64,000 bases of DNA from a virus. Numbering within the stretch: the first letter of the stretch is position 1; each line of letters begins with the position of its first letter. The translations under genes and the position numbers were made by a program. The stretch is taken from IMG/VR virus record IMGVR_UViG_3300042888_001941, positions 72,435 through 136,434 of that record; one strand, given 5' to 3'. This document shows positions 44,551 to 54,974 of this stretch, one piece after another. The notes below the pieces were generated by a model. That model was not told the DNA's origin. It made no database searches and was given only the letters and a program-made list of their open reading frames with translations.

Positions 44551-44781
44551 CTACCACTTACCTAAAGGGCACTTAGAGACTTCAATTTTTGTTTTTGCCG
44601 TCATGAAGCAACCGCACTGCTTGCATTGGTTAGTAATACTTATAATTTCTGGGCACGCCACGCATATGCTCATTCTTTCTTCTTGCAACTCTTTACTAGC
44701 GTATCTTGTTTGCGGGTTTAGAAAATCTAATGGTGTTGATCCGTTTTTTTCTTTGTACTGCTGCCATCTACTTTTTTCCAT
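44551..44781 (-). CDS. Small Cys-rich metal-binding protein
   Basis: RMSICVACP...QCKQCGCFM.AKTK....CPLGKW. Confidence 0.75.
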   Translation of the reverse strand: MEKSRWQQYKEKNGSTPLDFLNPQTRYASKELQEERMSICVACPEIISITNQCKQCGCFMTAKTKIEVSKCPLGKW

Positions 44782-45183
44782 TTAGTCCCACCCTAATGTA
44801 GGTGATAGCTGAGACATGTCTCTTCCATCAGTCAATATAAACTTTTCTCCGTCAAACTTTGATTGCAAGGCAAATGCGTATTTTCCGTATGGGTATTTAT
44901 CCATGTCTACTACCTGAGGATTACTCAGTAGAACAGAGCCAAAATACTCAGAGGTGCGCAGCTCTTCTAGAATCTCTCCGTCTTTCATAAAGCGTACAGT
45001 TATGCCATCGTGCTCTGGGTACTGGTCAGAAATGTCAATAACTTCATCAGCTTCTAAAAATATCTTTGAGTGTTCAACTGTGAGGCCAGCATCATAGAGC
45101 ACATCGCCGTCAATCACCCAACAAAGGGCGACGCCTTTTACGCCTTTGTACACAAATTCTATTTGTTCGTCCGTTAGCATCAT
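44782..45183 (-). CDS. Hypothetical protein
   Basis: 133-aa ORF with a GGGAG RBS, directly abutting the next gene. Confidence 0.65.
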   Translation of the reverse strand: MMLTDEQIEFVYKGVKGVALCWVIDGDVLYDAGLTVEHSKIFLEADEVIDISDQYPEHDGITVRFMKDGEILEELRTSEYFGSVLLSNPQVVDMDKYPYGKYAFALQSKFDGEKFILTDGRDMSQLSPTLGWD

Positions 45184-45235
45184 TTCTCCCTACGTATTAC
45201 TTTACTACTATAACACATATTGAAGATTTATTTCA

Positions 45236-46867
45236 TTAGCATGTAGCAGGTGAGCATGCTGTTCCAGCTCCGCCAGACCAGCAATCAAATGATCCACCAA
45301 AGCCGCTTGGGCAACAGAAGCCGCCAGTAACCTGTGACCTACTGCATGTAAATAAGGTAGGCGTTGGCGTTGGTGTAGGTGTAGGCGTTGGCGTTGGTGT
45401 AGGTGTAGGTGTAGGTGTAGGTGTAGGTGTAGGTGTAGGTGTAGGTGTAGGTGTAGGTGTAGGTGTAGGTGTAGACGGCGCACTAACTGTTACGTAGCTA
45501 GATCTCGCAGTTGTAGAGCCTTTGCTGTTCGTTGCAGTAATTGCAATACGTAACAGGCTTCCATAGGTACCTACATAGAATGAAGGAGGTGAATAGGTAG
45601 CTCCAGAAGCGCCACCAATAGCTCCACCCACTGCCTCCCATTGGTACGCGTAGGTTCCGTCTGGATCCCACGTGCCCACAGCAGCTGCGTACGTTGTTGT
45701 TCCAGCAGTGCCTGATGTAGGAGTAACTGATGGAGCAACAGTATTGACTGGTGCTGTAAGAACCTTAGAAAGAACTACGTTTGACTCTGCCTCAGCTGAT
45801 GTTCCTCCGGAGTTTGATGCTGTCGCAAACGCCTTAAAGTAGTAGGCAGGAGGAGCCGCGTCACCATCTGTAATCGTGTACGTAAGTGACGTTGAAGTAG
45901 TACTTGCTTTTAAGATGGTGCCGATAGCTCCTGGCACAGGAGGATTTGAGGTAGCTGCGTAAAGACGCAAACTGTATGACGTTGGTGAGTCACTCCACCC
46001 TGAAGTCGATGCTGTCAAAGTAGTACCAGCATACTGTGTCCCAGAAGGAGACAAGGTTACAGTTCCACCAGAAGGCGCACTTACTGGAGCATTAACTGTT
46101 ACATAGCTAGATCTAGCGTCCGTGGACCCCGACCCGTTTGTTGCAGTAACCTTACACCGCAGCTGAGTTCCATAGTTGGTTACATAGTCAGAAGGAGGAG
46201 AATACGTGCTTGACGTAGCTCCAGATATACTTCCAGAGATTGCCTCCCACTGGTACGCGTAAACACCGTCTGCGTCATCTGGGTCCCATGAACCATTTGT
46301 TGTAGAGTACGTTGTAGTTCCTGCAGTTCCGCTTGAAGGCGTTACTGACGGCGCGGTTGTGTTGATAGGCGCTGGCTTATTAACACTTACAGACGTACTT
46401 GTTGACGTTGTAGTTGTTGAAAACGTAGAGTTTGTTGCGGTCACAACGAAGCGATAATAAGACGTAAACGCTGGCATATCTGCGAGCGTAAGCGCGTAAG
46501 TAACGGTGTTTGATCCGCCAATAGAAGGGTTAGCTATTGAAGTTGCTGACCCTATATTTGACCACGAAGAGTTGTCAGCTGACTTCTGAAATACGTAGGT
46601 AAGAGAAGTTGAGTTAGTCCAACGGTAGTTTGTTCCAGTAAGAGTTGAAGGGTATGTCGCGTTGTTGCGAGAAATTTCTACTCTTTGAGCAATTGAAGGC
46701 GAGATTGTGCCAGGAAAGAACTTTTTCCAGACTTGTACGCCTCCAGAAGATACCGAGACATATCCACTGTTAATCTTTTTCCAGACTTGAACTCCGCCTG
46801 ATGAAACAGAGACATAGGCGCTAGTTATCTTCTTCCAAACATCGCCAGACGAGACGTAGATATCCAT
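45236..46867 (-). CDS. Tail-tip/fibre protein with Ig-like repeats, a (TP)n linker and a Cys-rich tip
   Basis: Triple YVS.SSG..VWKK N-terminus; repeated P.NT.APSV...YAYQW...Y.P...LR..VTATN..G; about 19 TP repeats; 6-Cys C-terminus. Confidence 0.75.
   Translation of the reverse strand: MDIYVSSGDVWKKITSAYVSVSSGGVQVWKKINSGYVSVSSGGVQVWKKFFPGTISPSIAQRVEISRNNATYPSTLTGTNYRWTNSTSLTYVFQKSADNSSWSNIGSATSIANPSIGGSNTVTYALTLADMPAFTSYYRFVVTATNSTFSTTTTSTSTSVSVNKPAPINTTAPSVTPSSGTAGTTTYSTTNGSWDPDDADGVYAYQWEAISGSISGATSSTYSPPSDYVTNYGTQLRCKVTATNGSGSTDARSSYVTVNAPVSAPSGGTVTLSPSGTQYAGTTLTASTSGWSDSPTSYSLRLYAATSNPPVPGAIGTILKASTTSTSLTYTITDGDAAPPAYYFKAFATASNSGGTSAEAESNVVLSKVLTAPVNTVAPSVTPTSGTAGTTTYAAAVGTWDPDGTYAYQWEAVGGAIGGASGATYSPPSFYVGTYGSLLRIAITATNSKGSTTARSSYVTVSAPSTPTPTPTPTPTPTPTPTPTPTPTPTPTPTPTPTPTPTPTLFTCSRSQVTGGFCCPSGFGGSFDCWSGGAGTACSPATC
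45357..45472. repeat. Hexamer tandem repeat (GGTGTA/GGCGTT) encoding Thr-Pro
   Basis: Directly visible microsatellite-like run. Confidence 0.9.
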
Positions 46868-46880
46868 TTATATCTGTACT

Positions 46881-48131
46881 TTACGCTTCTCTTACAAGTA
46901 ATACCGTGCCATTAGTTGTTCCCGAGCTTGCGCCTGAAGTGGGTTCAGTCTGTGTAATTCTTATGTTACGAGCAGCTTCTTGGCTTTCACCAGCGGCTCC
47001 ATCAATGATAACGCCATTAGCGTTAATTCTTACTCCGTGAGTGCCTTGATTGAGCGCAATAGTAGTACTACTCATTGAAAAAGTAAGCGCTGTAGACGTT
47101 CCTCCTTGTAGAAAAATGCCATTTGGAGTGACACTTGACTCATTTCCGTAAATCTGCATATTTGCTCCAGCGCCGATTGAAGAACCAGGAGCGTAAAAAA
47201 ATATGGTGTGTGAACTGACAGAAATTACTCCTGGAGCAGTGCCACTTCCGTAAAAAAGCATATTATTAGCTGAAGTAGAATTTAGCTCAATGCGCGGAGT
47301 AGTTGATTCATTCGCTGTTCGTATAATTCCACCAGTGATAGTTGCACCGCTAATAGTACTTCCGCTTTGAATACTGCCCTTAAACACAGCAGCCCCTGTA
47401 GATGCGCTAATAGAAAATGTTGCACCAGTACTAGAATTAGTACTTGTCGCATCAAAACCAGCAATTCCTGCAGAGTTCATAACAATACGTGCGCCAGTTG
47501 TTGCTGACGCCCCTGAGTAGACAGTTATACCGTTAGTGTTTACAGCAGTTATTTGATTACTAGCATTTACAATCGTGTCCGCGCTTGGCTGAAGCGACGC
47601 TATTGCCGCATTGTACGCAGACTGCGCCGCAGCTGAAGCAGCCGCAGAGTCCTGGGTTAAAGACCAAGCTGTGCCATCCCAAGTATAAAGTTTATCATTA
47701 TCATTAGTGTCAATCCACATATCACCTACTTCGTAGGTTCCACCTGTCGGTTGAGCGTCTTGATAATACGTAGAATTTTTTTCGTCTGCTGTTGCTTGAG
47801 CTACAGGATCCGTGATGAAGACGTAATCTTCAAGGTTTTCGCTGTATACTTTCTGTCCGCCTGTATCAGGGTCAACAACGGTTGTTCCTTCTTTTAAGAT
47901 ATCTGGGTCAGTGCCAGAAACTACAGTCGTGCCAAAGGACACTTCAGTAGGCGTCACACCATCAACAACAATATTCTTTGCTACAACAGTGCGGTACTTA
48001 ATTTTTTCAGCGGTAACAACGTTTCTTTTTAGTCGCTTAGCGCCTGGGCGCTTTTCGACAACGCGAATCCGACGCTCTACGTCTGATACAACCTTACCAA
48101 TCGTCTTACGACGTCTGCGTCTGCTAGCCAA
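46881..48131 (-). CDS. Minor tail protein
   Basis: Probable TTG start at 48131 overlapping the upstream stop. Arg-rich N-terminus, GDMWIDT...YTWDG module and beta-rich repeats. Confidence 0.7.
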   Translation of the reverse strand: MASRRRRRKTIGKVVSDVERRIRVVEKRPGAKRLKRNVVTAEKIKYRTVVAKNIVVDGVTPTEVSFGTTVVSGTDPDILKEGTTVVDPDTGGQKVYSENLEDYVFITDPVAQATADEKNSTYYQDAQPTGGTYEVGDMWIDTNDNDKLYTWDGTAWSLTQDSAAASAAAQSAYNAAIASLQPSADTIVNASNQITAVNTNGITVYSGASATTGARIVMNSAGIAGFDATSTNSSTGATFSISASTGAAVFKGSIQSGSTISGATITGGIIRTANESTTPRIELNSTSANNMLFYGSGTAPGVISVSSHTIFFYAPGSSIGAGANMQIYGNESSVTPNGIFLQGGTSTALTFSMSSTTIALNQGTHGVRINANGVIIDGAAGESQEAARNIRITQTEPTSGASSGTTNGTVLLVREA

Positions 48132-50328
48132 TCTTGTCAACCTCCGGCTCTGTTACAAGAAGGAGCTGTACCGTTTCAGGAAAGCTTGGAACATCTGGAA
48201 CTGACACCTTATATCCATCAATTTTTCTTACAAGAACTGTATCGCGTGGCTCGAGGTCGCTGCCAAGACGCATTCTTACAAACTCGTCTTCAACTACGAT
48301 AGAGCACCAGTCTCCAGGTGCGTACTCACCAATCTTAGGAGATAAAGAGCCATTTACGCTAACTGAAATATCAGAGATAGGCGTGCGCATCTCTGCAAGA
48401 TATCTTTGCGCGTGGTCGTATAGCGCTTCTTCATCACTTTCATCGTTACGTGATTCTTCTTGGTCAATAAGAGGCCAGCCATCAGCCAAAAGATCCGTCG
48501 CGCTAGCGACAGCGTACGGTTGACTTGCGTCTTCTCCAAGATCTGAGTCATTTCCAACAACAAAGAAGCGTGTTGCAGAGTCTTCTGCGTTCTCTTCCAT
48601 CGTCATGCTAATAATACTGCCTGGGTACTCGAACACAAGCTTGTCTGCACCAAAACGACTAATAGGCGATACTTCTCCTTCTGTAGGAGGGTCTGGAAAG
48701 TCAATAGCCATTAGCACAAACTCACGAGCGAACACGGGAATGTTTCCAACGTACTCTAGGTGGCAGTCAATACGATACTCAAAACCTTTAACAGTGTCTG
48801 AGTACTCGTCAAGTGCTTCTCCAACATTCTTAAGCTCAAAGCCACGGTAAGAAGTATTAGGAACGTTTTCTCCGCTATACTCATCGGTAGAATAATAAAT
48901 GTCAATATCAGAGTTACCAGGGAACGGGCCATACGTCCCAACGGATACAGTAGGAGTTACAGTTGCTGTAGCTCCAGTGACTGCAGTCTGTGGCATGTCA
49001 GTATCAGCAAGATCAAAGGTAAATGTGGTTGATGTAGGGGTCTCAACAATTACATGAGATGTGTCAAACACGGTAACTGGCACCTGTACAACAAGAGATC
49101 CTGTAGGCGAGACTGCAGTTGAAGGGACATTAGATGCTTGTTTAGCGTACGTCAACGTAGTAGTAGAAGGAACGTTGTCGATGTAGTAAACACCGTTGAA
49201 TGTAGAATCAACTCCGGATATGGTAATGGTGTCGCCTATGTTTGCCCCATGAGCAGTAGACGTAGTTATTGTTGCAATATTAGCAGTTAATTGCTTATTA
49301 CTGATTGCCACAGCCGACCCGTCTACGCCAGAGATGACAACAGTGTCTCCAATGCTAAAACCGTGCGCAGCTGACGTTGTAATTTTTCCAATAAAGTCAG
49401 TAATACTTTTAAAGGTAACTGTCTTTGTTGACGCACTAAGCGCTGTAGAGGAGACGTTGCTAGCGGTAATGTTTGTAGTAAACGTGGTAGCAGTAGGCGT
49501 AGCTACAACGTCATGAACTCCATTGAATGTAGAGTCAACGTTAAACATGGTCACAGTCTGCGTAGGTATTAGACCGTGAGGAGATGCAGTAGTTAGTGTA
49601 GCAATGTTGCTCGTAAGAGCTTTATTTGTAATAGCGATATCAGTTCTTAGCGCAGGCTCTATCTCTGTGTTAGGAAAGGTGATGCCGCTAAAGTCGCTAA
49701 GTATCTCGTCAATGAGCTGGCGTACGTAGTCGTATGTATCTACACGAACGTAGACAGTTACATCGATGTACTCGCCATTAGGAATTCCAGACGAGGCAAT
49801 TGTGAACTGATCTGTCCCGTTAGCAGTGGACACAGTGTAGTAGTCATTATGCTCGTACATGTCTGTTGTAGAAAAAACAAGGCGCACAGGAGATCCTACA
49901 GGAAAGTCATACTCTAAGTTCTGTAATGTTACAGTTGCGGTTCCGCTTGATACGACAACGTCAGCTCCAAAGTCGTGAGTCCAAGTCTTCCATATGTTGC
50001 GGTGGTGAAGATAGCTTGTAAACTCTGAGCCGTTTACACTCAATGTTCTTTCAAGAACATCGTATGAGCGACTCCATATGATGCCACCCCAGATGCACAC
50101 TTGGTCACGCACAATGTAGAGACCAGTCTTACCTGGCATTGTGCTATTATAAAGATCCATATGAGCAGTCTCCGGGATAACTGGGATAGTCCCACTAAAT
50201 GAGCCAGCAGCCTTAATAGATCTCTCAAAGCTAACGCTGCGGAATGGAATTTCAGCAAGCACTGTATTGCTGAGCAGGTCAGTAGTAAAGTACCTGTACT
50301 CTGCGGACGTGCCGTCTGTCGCTGCCAT
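48124..50328 (-). CDS. Minor tail / baseplate hub protein
   Basis: Second gene after the tape measure. Y...DL....LAE.P...F.R....G.FSG, WGG.IW, GDWC motifs, with inserted beta modules. Confidence 0.75.
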   Translation of the reverse strand: MAATDGTSAEYRYFTTDLLSNTVLAEIPFRSVSFERSIKAAGSFSGTIPVIPETAHMDLYNSTMPGKTGLYIVRDQVCIWGGIIWSRSYDVLERTLSVNGSEFTSYLHHRNIWKTWTHDFGADVVVSSGTATVTLQNLEYDFPVGSPVRLVFSTTDMYEHNDYYTVSTANGTDQFTIASSGIPNGEYIDVTVYVRVDTYDYVRQLIDEILSDFSGITFPNTEIEPALRTDIAITNKALTSNIATLTTASPHGLIPTQTVTMFNVDSTFNGVHDVVATPTATTFTTNITASNVSSTALSASTKTVTFKSITDFIGKITTSAAHGFSIGDTVVISGVDGSAVAISNKQLTANIATITTSTAHGANIGDTITISGVDSTFNGVYYIDNVPSTTTLTYAKQASNVPSTAVSPTGSLVVQVPVTVFDTSHVIVETPTSTTFTFDLADTDMPQTAVTGATATVTPTVSVGTYGPFPGNSDIDIYYSTDEYSGENVPNTSYRGFELKNVGEALDEYSDTVKGFEYRIDCHLEYVGNIPVFAREFVLMAIDFPDPPTEGEVSPISRFGADKLVFEYPGSIISMTMEENAEDSATRFFVVGNDSDLGEDASQPYAVASATDLLADGWPLIDQEESRNDESDEEALYDHAQRYLAEMRTPISDISVSVNGSLSPKIGEYAPGDWCSIVVEDEFVRMRLGSDLEPRDTVLVRKIDGYKVSVPDVPSFPETVQLLLVTEPEVDKIG

Positions 50329-50369
50329 TATTTATCCTTCGTCGTAAAAGTCGTTGAAACTATTGTATT

Positions 50370-52007
50370 CTATCCGAGCCAAGCTGAGCGGTAAAAAACT
50401 TCAAGAACTGCTGTCGAATTTGCGTTGCCATCATCATAGAAGCTAAACACATTGTCGCCTGGCGCAAGAAGAATCCACTCTGAAAGTACGTCAATTAACC
50501 CGCGCTTTCCAATCGCATCTCCGTTAAGTGCAACCTCGTGCTCTCGTGTGTCAACTTCAAGAATGTCAGGGCCAAACGTAACTGTGCCAGAAGCTCCAGT
50601 TGATGAAACGTTATTTGCTGTCTTAGCGTACGTTAGGGTTGTTGTAGTTGGAACTGTAAGAATTGTGAACGTGCCATTGAACGTAGAGTCCACACCTGAA
50701 ACAACGATTTGATCTCCAGCAAGAAGCCCGTGCGCAGAAGATGTAGTCAACGTCGCAATATTGCTTGCAAGAGCTTTGTTAGAAACCGTAGGCGTAAGAA
50801 CTCCGCGAAGGGATCCAATAATAGTGACTAACTCATCGGTGGTTCTATTGAATATAGAAGCGGGTCCAGTCAGTGGGCCAGTAACTTGAAGAACTACTGA
50901 CGCATACGCTGTGCCAGTGTTTGTCACCGTGCCAGCCCCGCTTGCAGCAGGAGACACGCTTTCTCCAGGAATAGTCACTGAACGATAGCCTAACTCATGC
51001 GCCTCGTACCATTCGTACTTTAGAGGGTCTGGAGCCTTTAGTCCAATAGAGAACTCTGTGCGCCCACGTGCATTTACGGTCCTAATCTCCGGGCGCCCTG
51101 AGAGACGAACGTAGGACGCCTTGGTAGGGTTTTCATTGGTGCGTAGCCAATCGCCAACGTATACTAAATCTGTGTTCTTAATGAGCTTGTCACGAGCTGC
51201 GGCAACCTGCGAGGCACTAGGGGTGATAAACACTCCGTTAAGTGTAATTACGCGTGCGTTATAACGTCCACGTACATCGTACGAGCCATCACCGTATCCG
51301 CGAGGAATATCACGAACCTCTGGCTCGGGGTGCGTCCACCAACCTTCAATATCTGTGCAAACCCAGACAACACCGTCTTCATCAATTGTGTTAAGAACAA
51401 GGCTACCAAGAGAGATGTCAGCGTTAAGCTGCATACCTGTAATCTTAGGAAACGGAACTGGGCTAAGACCCTTATTAACTGCTGTTGTTTCATACGCCTG
51501 CGTTACATCGTCAAAGTATTCTTCAACGTAAGAATTAGCCTCGAAAAGAATGGCGTCAAGCAAAAACTTCTTAGATACTGTCCCTGCTGTAGGCTGAACT
51601 ACTGAGATAAGTGCAGCCACAGCGTTAGCAGGAGACGTAAACACACCGCCAAGGCGAGTCCAGTCTATTCCGTTAACAATTTCAATGGAGGTAGTGTTTG
51701 AAGTAGATATAAGTGATCCGCCGCTGACAGCGGTGTACCAGGCAACATTGATTCTAAGTGTGCCAGTCTCTGAGTCTGCTGGAACTTTCACGTACGCAGA
51801 TACTGCGTACGAGGTTGAAGCTGACACCGCGATTCGTGATGCAGTAACCGCACCTGAGTCTGACGCTGCAGCCTTTGTTACCTCAAGGCAGGAGGAGCCA
51901 AAGAAAGCGTCATAGGTAACACGCGCAATAGTACTTGAGCCAGTTAGTGACCAGCCTGTTGTATTTGTCTTAAAGGATGGATTAACAATTAGGTTAGTTC
52001 TAGCCAT
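50370..52007 (-). CDS. Distal tail (Dit)-like protein with N-terminal carbohydrate-binding module
   Basis: Start MARTNLIVNPSF (CBM_4_9-like). IEGWW..P, G....RVITL.G, APDPLKY, W..LAPG.N, RSAWL. Follows the tape measure. Confidence 0.8.
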   Translation of the reverse strand: MARTNLIVNPSFKTNTTGWSLTGSSTIARVTYDAFFGSSCLEVTKAAASDSGAVTASRIAVSASTSYAVSAYVKVPADSETGTLRINVAWYTAVSGGSLISTSNTTSIEIVNGIDWTRLGGVFTSPANAVAALISVVQPTAGTVSKKFLLDAILFEANSYVEEYFDDVTQAYETTAVNKGLSPVPFPKITGMQLNADISLGSLVLNTIDEDGVVWVCTDIEGWWTHPEPEVRDIPRGYGDGSYDVRGRYNARVITLNGVFITPSASQVAAARDKLIKNTDLVYVGDWLRTNENPTKASYVRLSGRPEIRTVNARGRTEFSIGLKAPDPLKYEWYEAHELGYRSVTIPGESVSPAASGAGTVTNTGTAYASVVLQVTGPLTGPASIFNRTTDELVTIIGSLRGVLTPTVSNKALASNIATLTTSSAHGLLAGDQIVVSGVDSTFNGTFTILTVPTTTTLTYAKTANNVSSTGASGTVTFGPDILEVDTREHEVALNGDAIGKRGLIDVLSEWILLAPGDNVFSFYDDGNANSTAVLEVFYRSAWLG

Positions 52008-52008
52008 G

Positions 52009-54936
52009 CTATGCACCTCCACGGCGTAGTTGGAATGCGATCTGGCGTGAAACCATATTAGCAAGCTCTGATTCGTTCATACCTTGCGATGGGTATACGT
52101 TAATTGTCATTCCTCCTCCGCCACCAGAAAGCATCTGAATCATTGCCTTATCACGCTTTGATAATCCGTCTGGGTCAAGAGGCTCTACACGCTCTGCACG
52201 ACCAGCTTCTCCGATACGTGCAAGAGTTCCACCAACAGAAGGAGAAATAATTCCGCCTTCTGCAAGCGCTGGGAATCCTAATGTAAAACTTGGAAGAGTC
52301 TTACCAAGTATAGTTGCTCCACCAATTTTTAGTTTTTTAGGCGCTACGTTTAGATTCCACCACTGCTTGGCGTTGTTCCATGCATTTTTTAGTCCGTCAA
52401 TTAGCCCGTTCCAGACGTTGCCTAGTATCGCTTTCATGCTCGCGACAAAGTTTCTAGCTGATGTTTTAATATTTTCCCAGTTTTGCGCAATAGAAATAAC
52501 TGCTCTTCCAATAGGGCCGGTAAGCGCTCCTATTACTGCAACCCAGTTTGCTTTTACCCAACCAATAAAACCTGTAATAATTTCTTTTACCTTTGCAAAT
52601 GCTGCATCTACCGCTGTTCTAAACGCTTCGCTATTCTTATAAAGAAGAGCAAATCCCGCTATAAGGAGTCCAATTGCAAGAAGAATAGCTCCAACAGGGT
52701 TAGCGGCCAAGGCAAGACCGAACACTCGTAAAGCAGCAGCTCCGCCTTTTACTGCCGTAACAAACGCTCCACCAAGAGCCTTTGCAAGAGCAAGTAGCCC
52801 TCCGCCTACCGCTTTAAAGGCGGCAGCGCTCATGGCGTAAAGTTTTGCAGTGAATCCACCAGTTGTTAAAGTTGCTAATCTCTGAATACCAGTAAGTTTT
52901 CCTATGGTGCTTGCTAAGAAAATAATGTTTCCAGCAACAACCTTAAATCCAAACGCGGCAGCGCCAAATGCCAAGCCAAGTGCGCTAAATGTTCCAAATA
53001 TTTTTGCTAAAAAGTCAAAAGCTGCTTTTACTGCTGGAATTGCTAAAAAGGTATTTAATGAGCTCAGCAAAGCGTTTAGAGTATTAAAGAAAGCAGTTAT
53101 GCCGCCAGAAGAAGTAGTAAGCTCTGCAAAACGAATAAACGAAACTATAAAGGTTGCAAGAGCTGGGCCACCAGCATTAAGCTCCTTAAGAAGACCGCCA
53201 AATGAAGGAGCTGCTGTTTTAAGTATGTCAAAGAACTTTTTAACATTAGGATCTGCACCAGCCTTAAGAATCTCTTTTATAAACGCGCCAATGGACCCTA
53301 AGACTGCCTTAGAGTTTTCAGCCGTGCCTTTAAAGTAATCAGATAGCGCAGTTTGTCCTTCAATACTCCCAGAAAACTTTTCAAACTCTGCTGTGACGTC
53401 CTTAAAGTACTCGATGAGGATGTACCCGCCACCGCCAGGTGTAAAGTTTGCCCTGACAATATTGACAATTCCACTAATAGCATTTCCAAAAACTTCACCA
53501 ATTTTTGCTGCTATATCTCCAGCCTTGTTGAAAAACTTTTCTAGCTCTCCATTTGCCTCAGCGGTGTCAAGGTACTTAGCCCACCCTGCAGTCTTGTCTT
53601 CTAAGAACTTATTAAACTTATTTGCAAGAGGTTGAGCTGAAACAAGAGTCGATAAGAATCCATCGTAAAGGTTAGCTGCTGATCTTGAGTAGCTTTCAAT
53701 ATTGATGCCAGCATTTCTAATAACTTGCTCTAGATCACCTATATTTTCGATATCGGTGATAGCATCAATGATAGTTCCAAAAGATTTTCCAATGCTATCG
53801 CCAAGCTCTTTGAGAACTGGTTTTAGTCCAGGAAAAAGTTTTGTACGAAGGTTTTCTAGGCCAGTCTCTAACTGAGGGAATAGGTCTCTTCCTAAGGCGT
53901 CACGCAATTCTCTAAGGGAAGGCATAAAGGTGCCGACCATATATCTAACAAAACTTTGTGCTTCTTTAGAGAGCCCAGCTAGTGCGTCTGCATACGCAGT
54001 ATCGCCAGCGCCACCAGCTTTTGCTTTAACAAGAGCGTCTTCTGCTTCCTTCTGGTCACGAAGAGCTTCTATCTGACTTTTCTTAGCGTCAAGATACGTG
54101 TCTGTCTGCTTATAGACTTCTGTACCAGCTGCTGCTGCAGAGTCTCCAAGACGTTCTTGCTCTTTGCGAAGATCTGCGTTGCGGTCCTTAGCCTTACGCA
54201 AGTTGAGCTCTGCTTCTTGAAATGCAAGATTTGCTTCTCGGCGAGCACGAGAGTTAGGCGGTAGGTCTGACACACGAGCAAGAGTTTCGCGAGCTTTTTC
54301 TAGCTCAATGGCAGCTTTCTTTTCTGCAATAGCCGCGTCTTCTGCATCAAAGCCAAGTTGCTGTATTTCTTCCTTGGCGGCCTCAGTAGCTTTTGCAAAC
54401 TCGTACTGTGCTTCTGTTACTCGCTCTGTTGCTCTAAGCAGCCTAATCTTAGCAGCTTGTTCAGCGTCTGCATCTTTGGCAGAGCCTTTTTGCGCTTTAC
54501 TTCCTGCAGATATCGCTGCCCCAACACCTTTTAAGGCTGACATAAGCCCAATGGCAGCGATACCAACAGAGGTGAGTGCAGTGGCAAACACGATGCCAGC
54601 AGGAGCTGCTGCCAATAAAGCAGAAACAACTGTAGTTAATCCCCCAGCCAATGCGCCAAGACCAGATACTAGTTGCGAAATGATAGGTCCAAGCGTAAAG
54701 CCAGTTCTTACGAGACTTTGGAATTGCTTCCGTGCCGCAAGAGCTTGCCTGTCGAAGTCACTTAAAGAGCGCCCCATAGAGCTGCTCATTCCTTTGCCGA
54801 ACCCTCGAGAAAAAGTTTCTCCTACGGACTTTCCATCTTTGTTAAGATCTATCCCGCTTGCTGCTTTACGAACGTCATTCTCAAAACCTGCTGTTATAGC
54901 TTTAACAACTATATAGGCATCACCGACTATTGCCAT
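52009..54936 (-). CDS. Tape measure protein
   Basis: 975 aa, Ala-rich helical/coiled-coil. MAIVGDAYI N-terminus, ANP.G, LAEGG...IGEAG..E.V.PL C-terminus. Confidence 0.92.
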   Translation of the reverse strand: MAIVGDAYIVVKAITAGFENDVRKAASGIDLNKDGKSVGETFSRGFGKGMSSSMGRSLSDFDRQALAARKQFQSLVRTGFTLGPIISQLVSGLGALAGGLTTVVSALLAAAPAGIVFATALTSVGIAAIGLMSALKGVGAAISAGSKAQKGSAKDADAEQAAKIRLLRATERVTEAQYEFAKATEAAKEEIQQLGFDAEDAAIAEKKAAIELEKARETLARVSDLPPNSRARREANLAFQEAELNLRKAKDRNADLRKEQERLGDSAAAAGTEVYKQTDTYLDAKKSQIEALRDQKEAEDALVKAKAGGAGDTAYADALAGLSKEAQSFVRYMVGTFMPSLRELRDALGRDLFPQLETGLENLRTKLFPGLKPVLKELGDSIGKSFGTIIDAITDIENIGDLEQVIRNAGINIESYSRSAANLYDGFLSTLVSAQPLANKFNKFLEDKTAGWAKYLDTAEANGELEKFFNKAGDIAAKIGEVFGNAISGIVNIVRANFTPGGGGYILIEYFKDVTAEFEKFSGSIEGQTALSDYFKGTAENSKAVLGSIGAFIKEILKAGADPNVKKFFDILKTAAPSFGGLLKELNAGGPALATFIVSFIRFAELTTSSGGITAFFNTLNALLSSLNTFLAIPAVKAAFDFLAKIFGTFSALGLAFGAAAFGFKVVAGNIIFLASTIGKLTGIQRLATLTTGGFTAKLYAMSAAAFKAVGGGLLALAKALGGAFVTAVKGGAAALRVFGLALAANPVGAILLAIGLLIAGFALLYKNSEAFRTAVDAAFAKVKEIITGFIGWVKANWVAVIGALTGPIGRAVISIAQNWENIKTSARNFVASMKAILGNVWNGLIDGLKNAWNNAKQWWNLNVAPKKLKIGGATILGKTLPSFTLGFPALAEGGIISPSVGGTLARIGEAGRAERVEPLDPDGLSKRDKAMIQMLSGGGGGMTINVYPSQGMNESELANMVSRQIAFQLRRGGA

Positions 54937-54974
54937 TTACTCACCTCCTTTCTTAATAGTTTAGTTTACTTATT

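Noticed and set aside
45208-45483. ORF encoding HLHLHL repeats
   Set aside because: It is an alternative frame of the Thr-Pro hexamer repeat.
54308-54916. 202-aa plus-strand ORF and other antisense ORFs in the tape measure, capsid and primase genes
   Set aside because: They lie entirely opposite well-supported genes and show no recognisable motifs.
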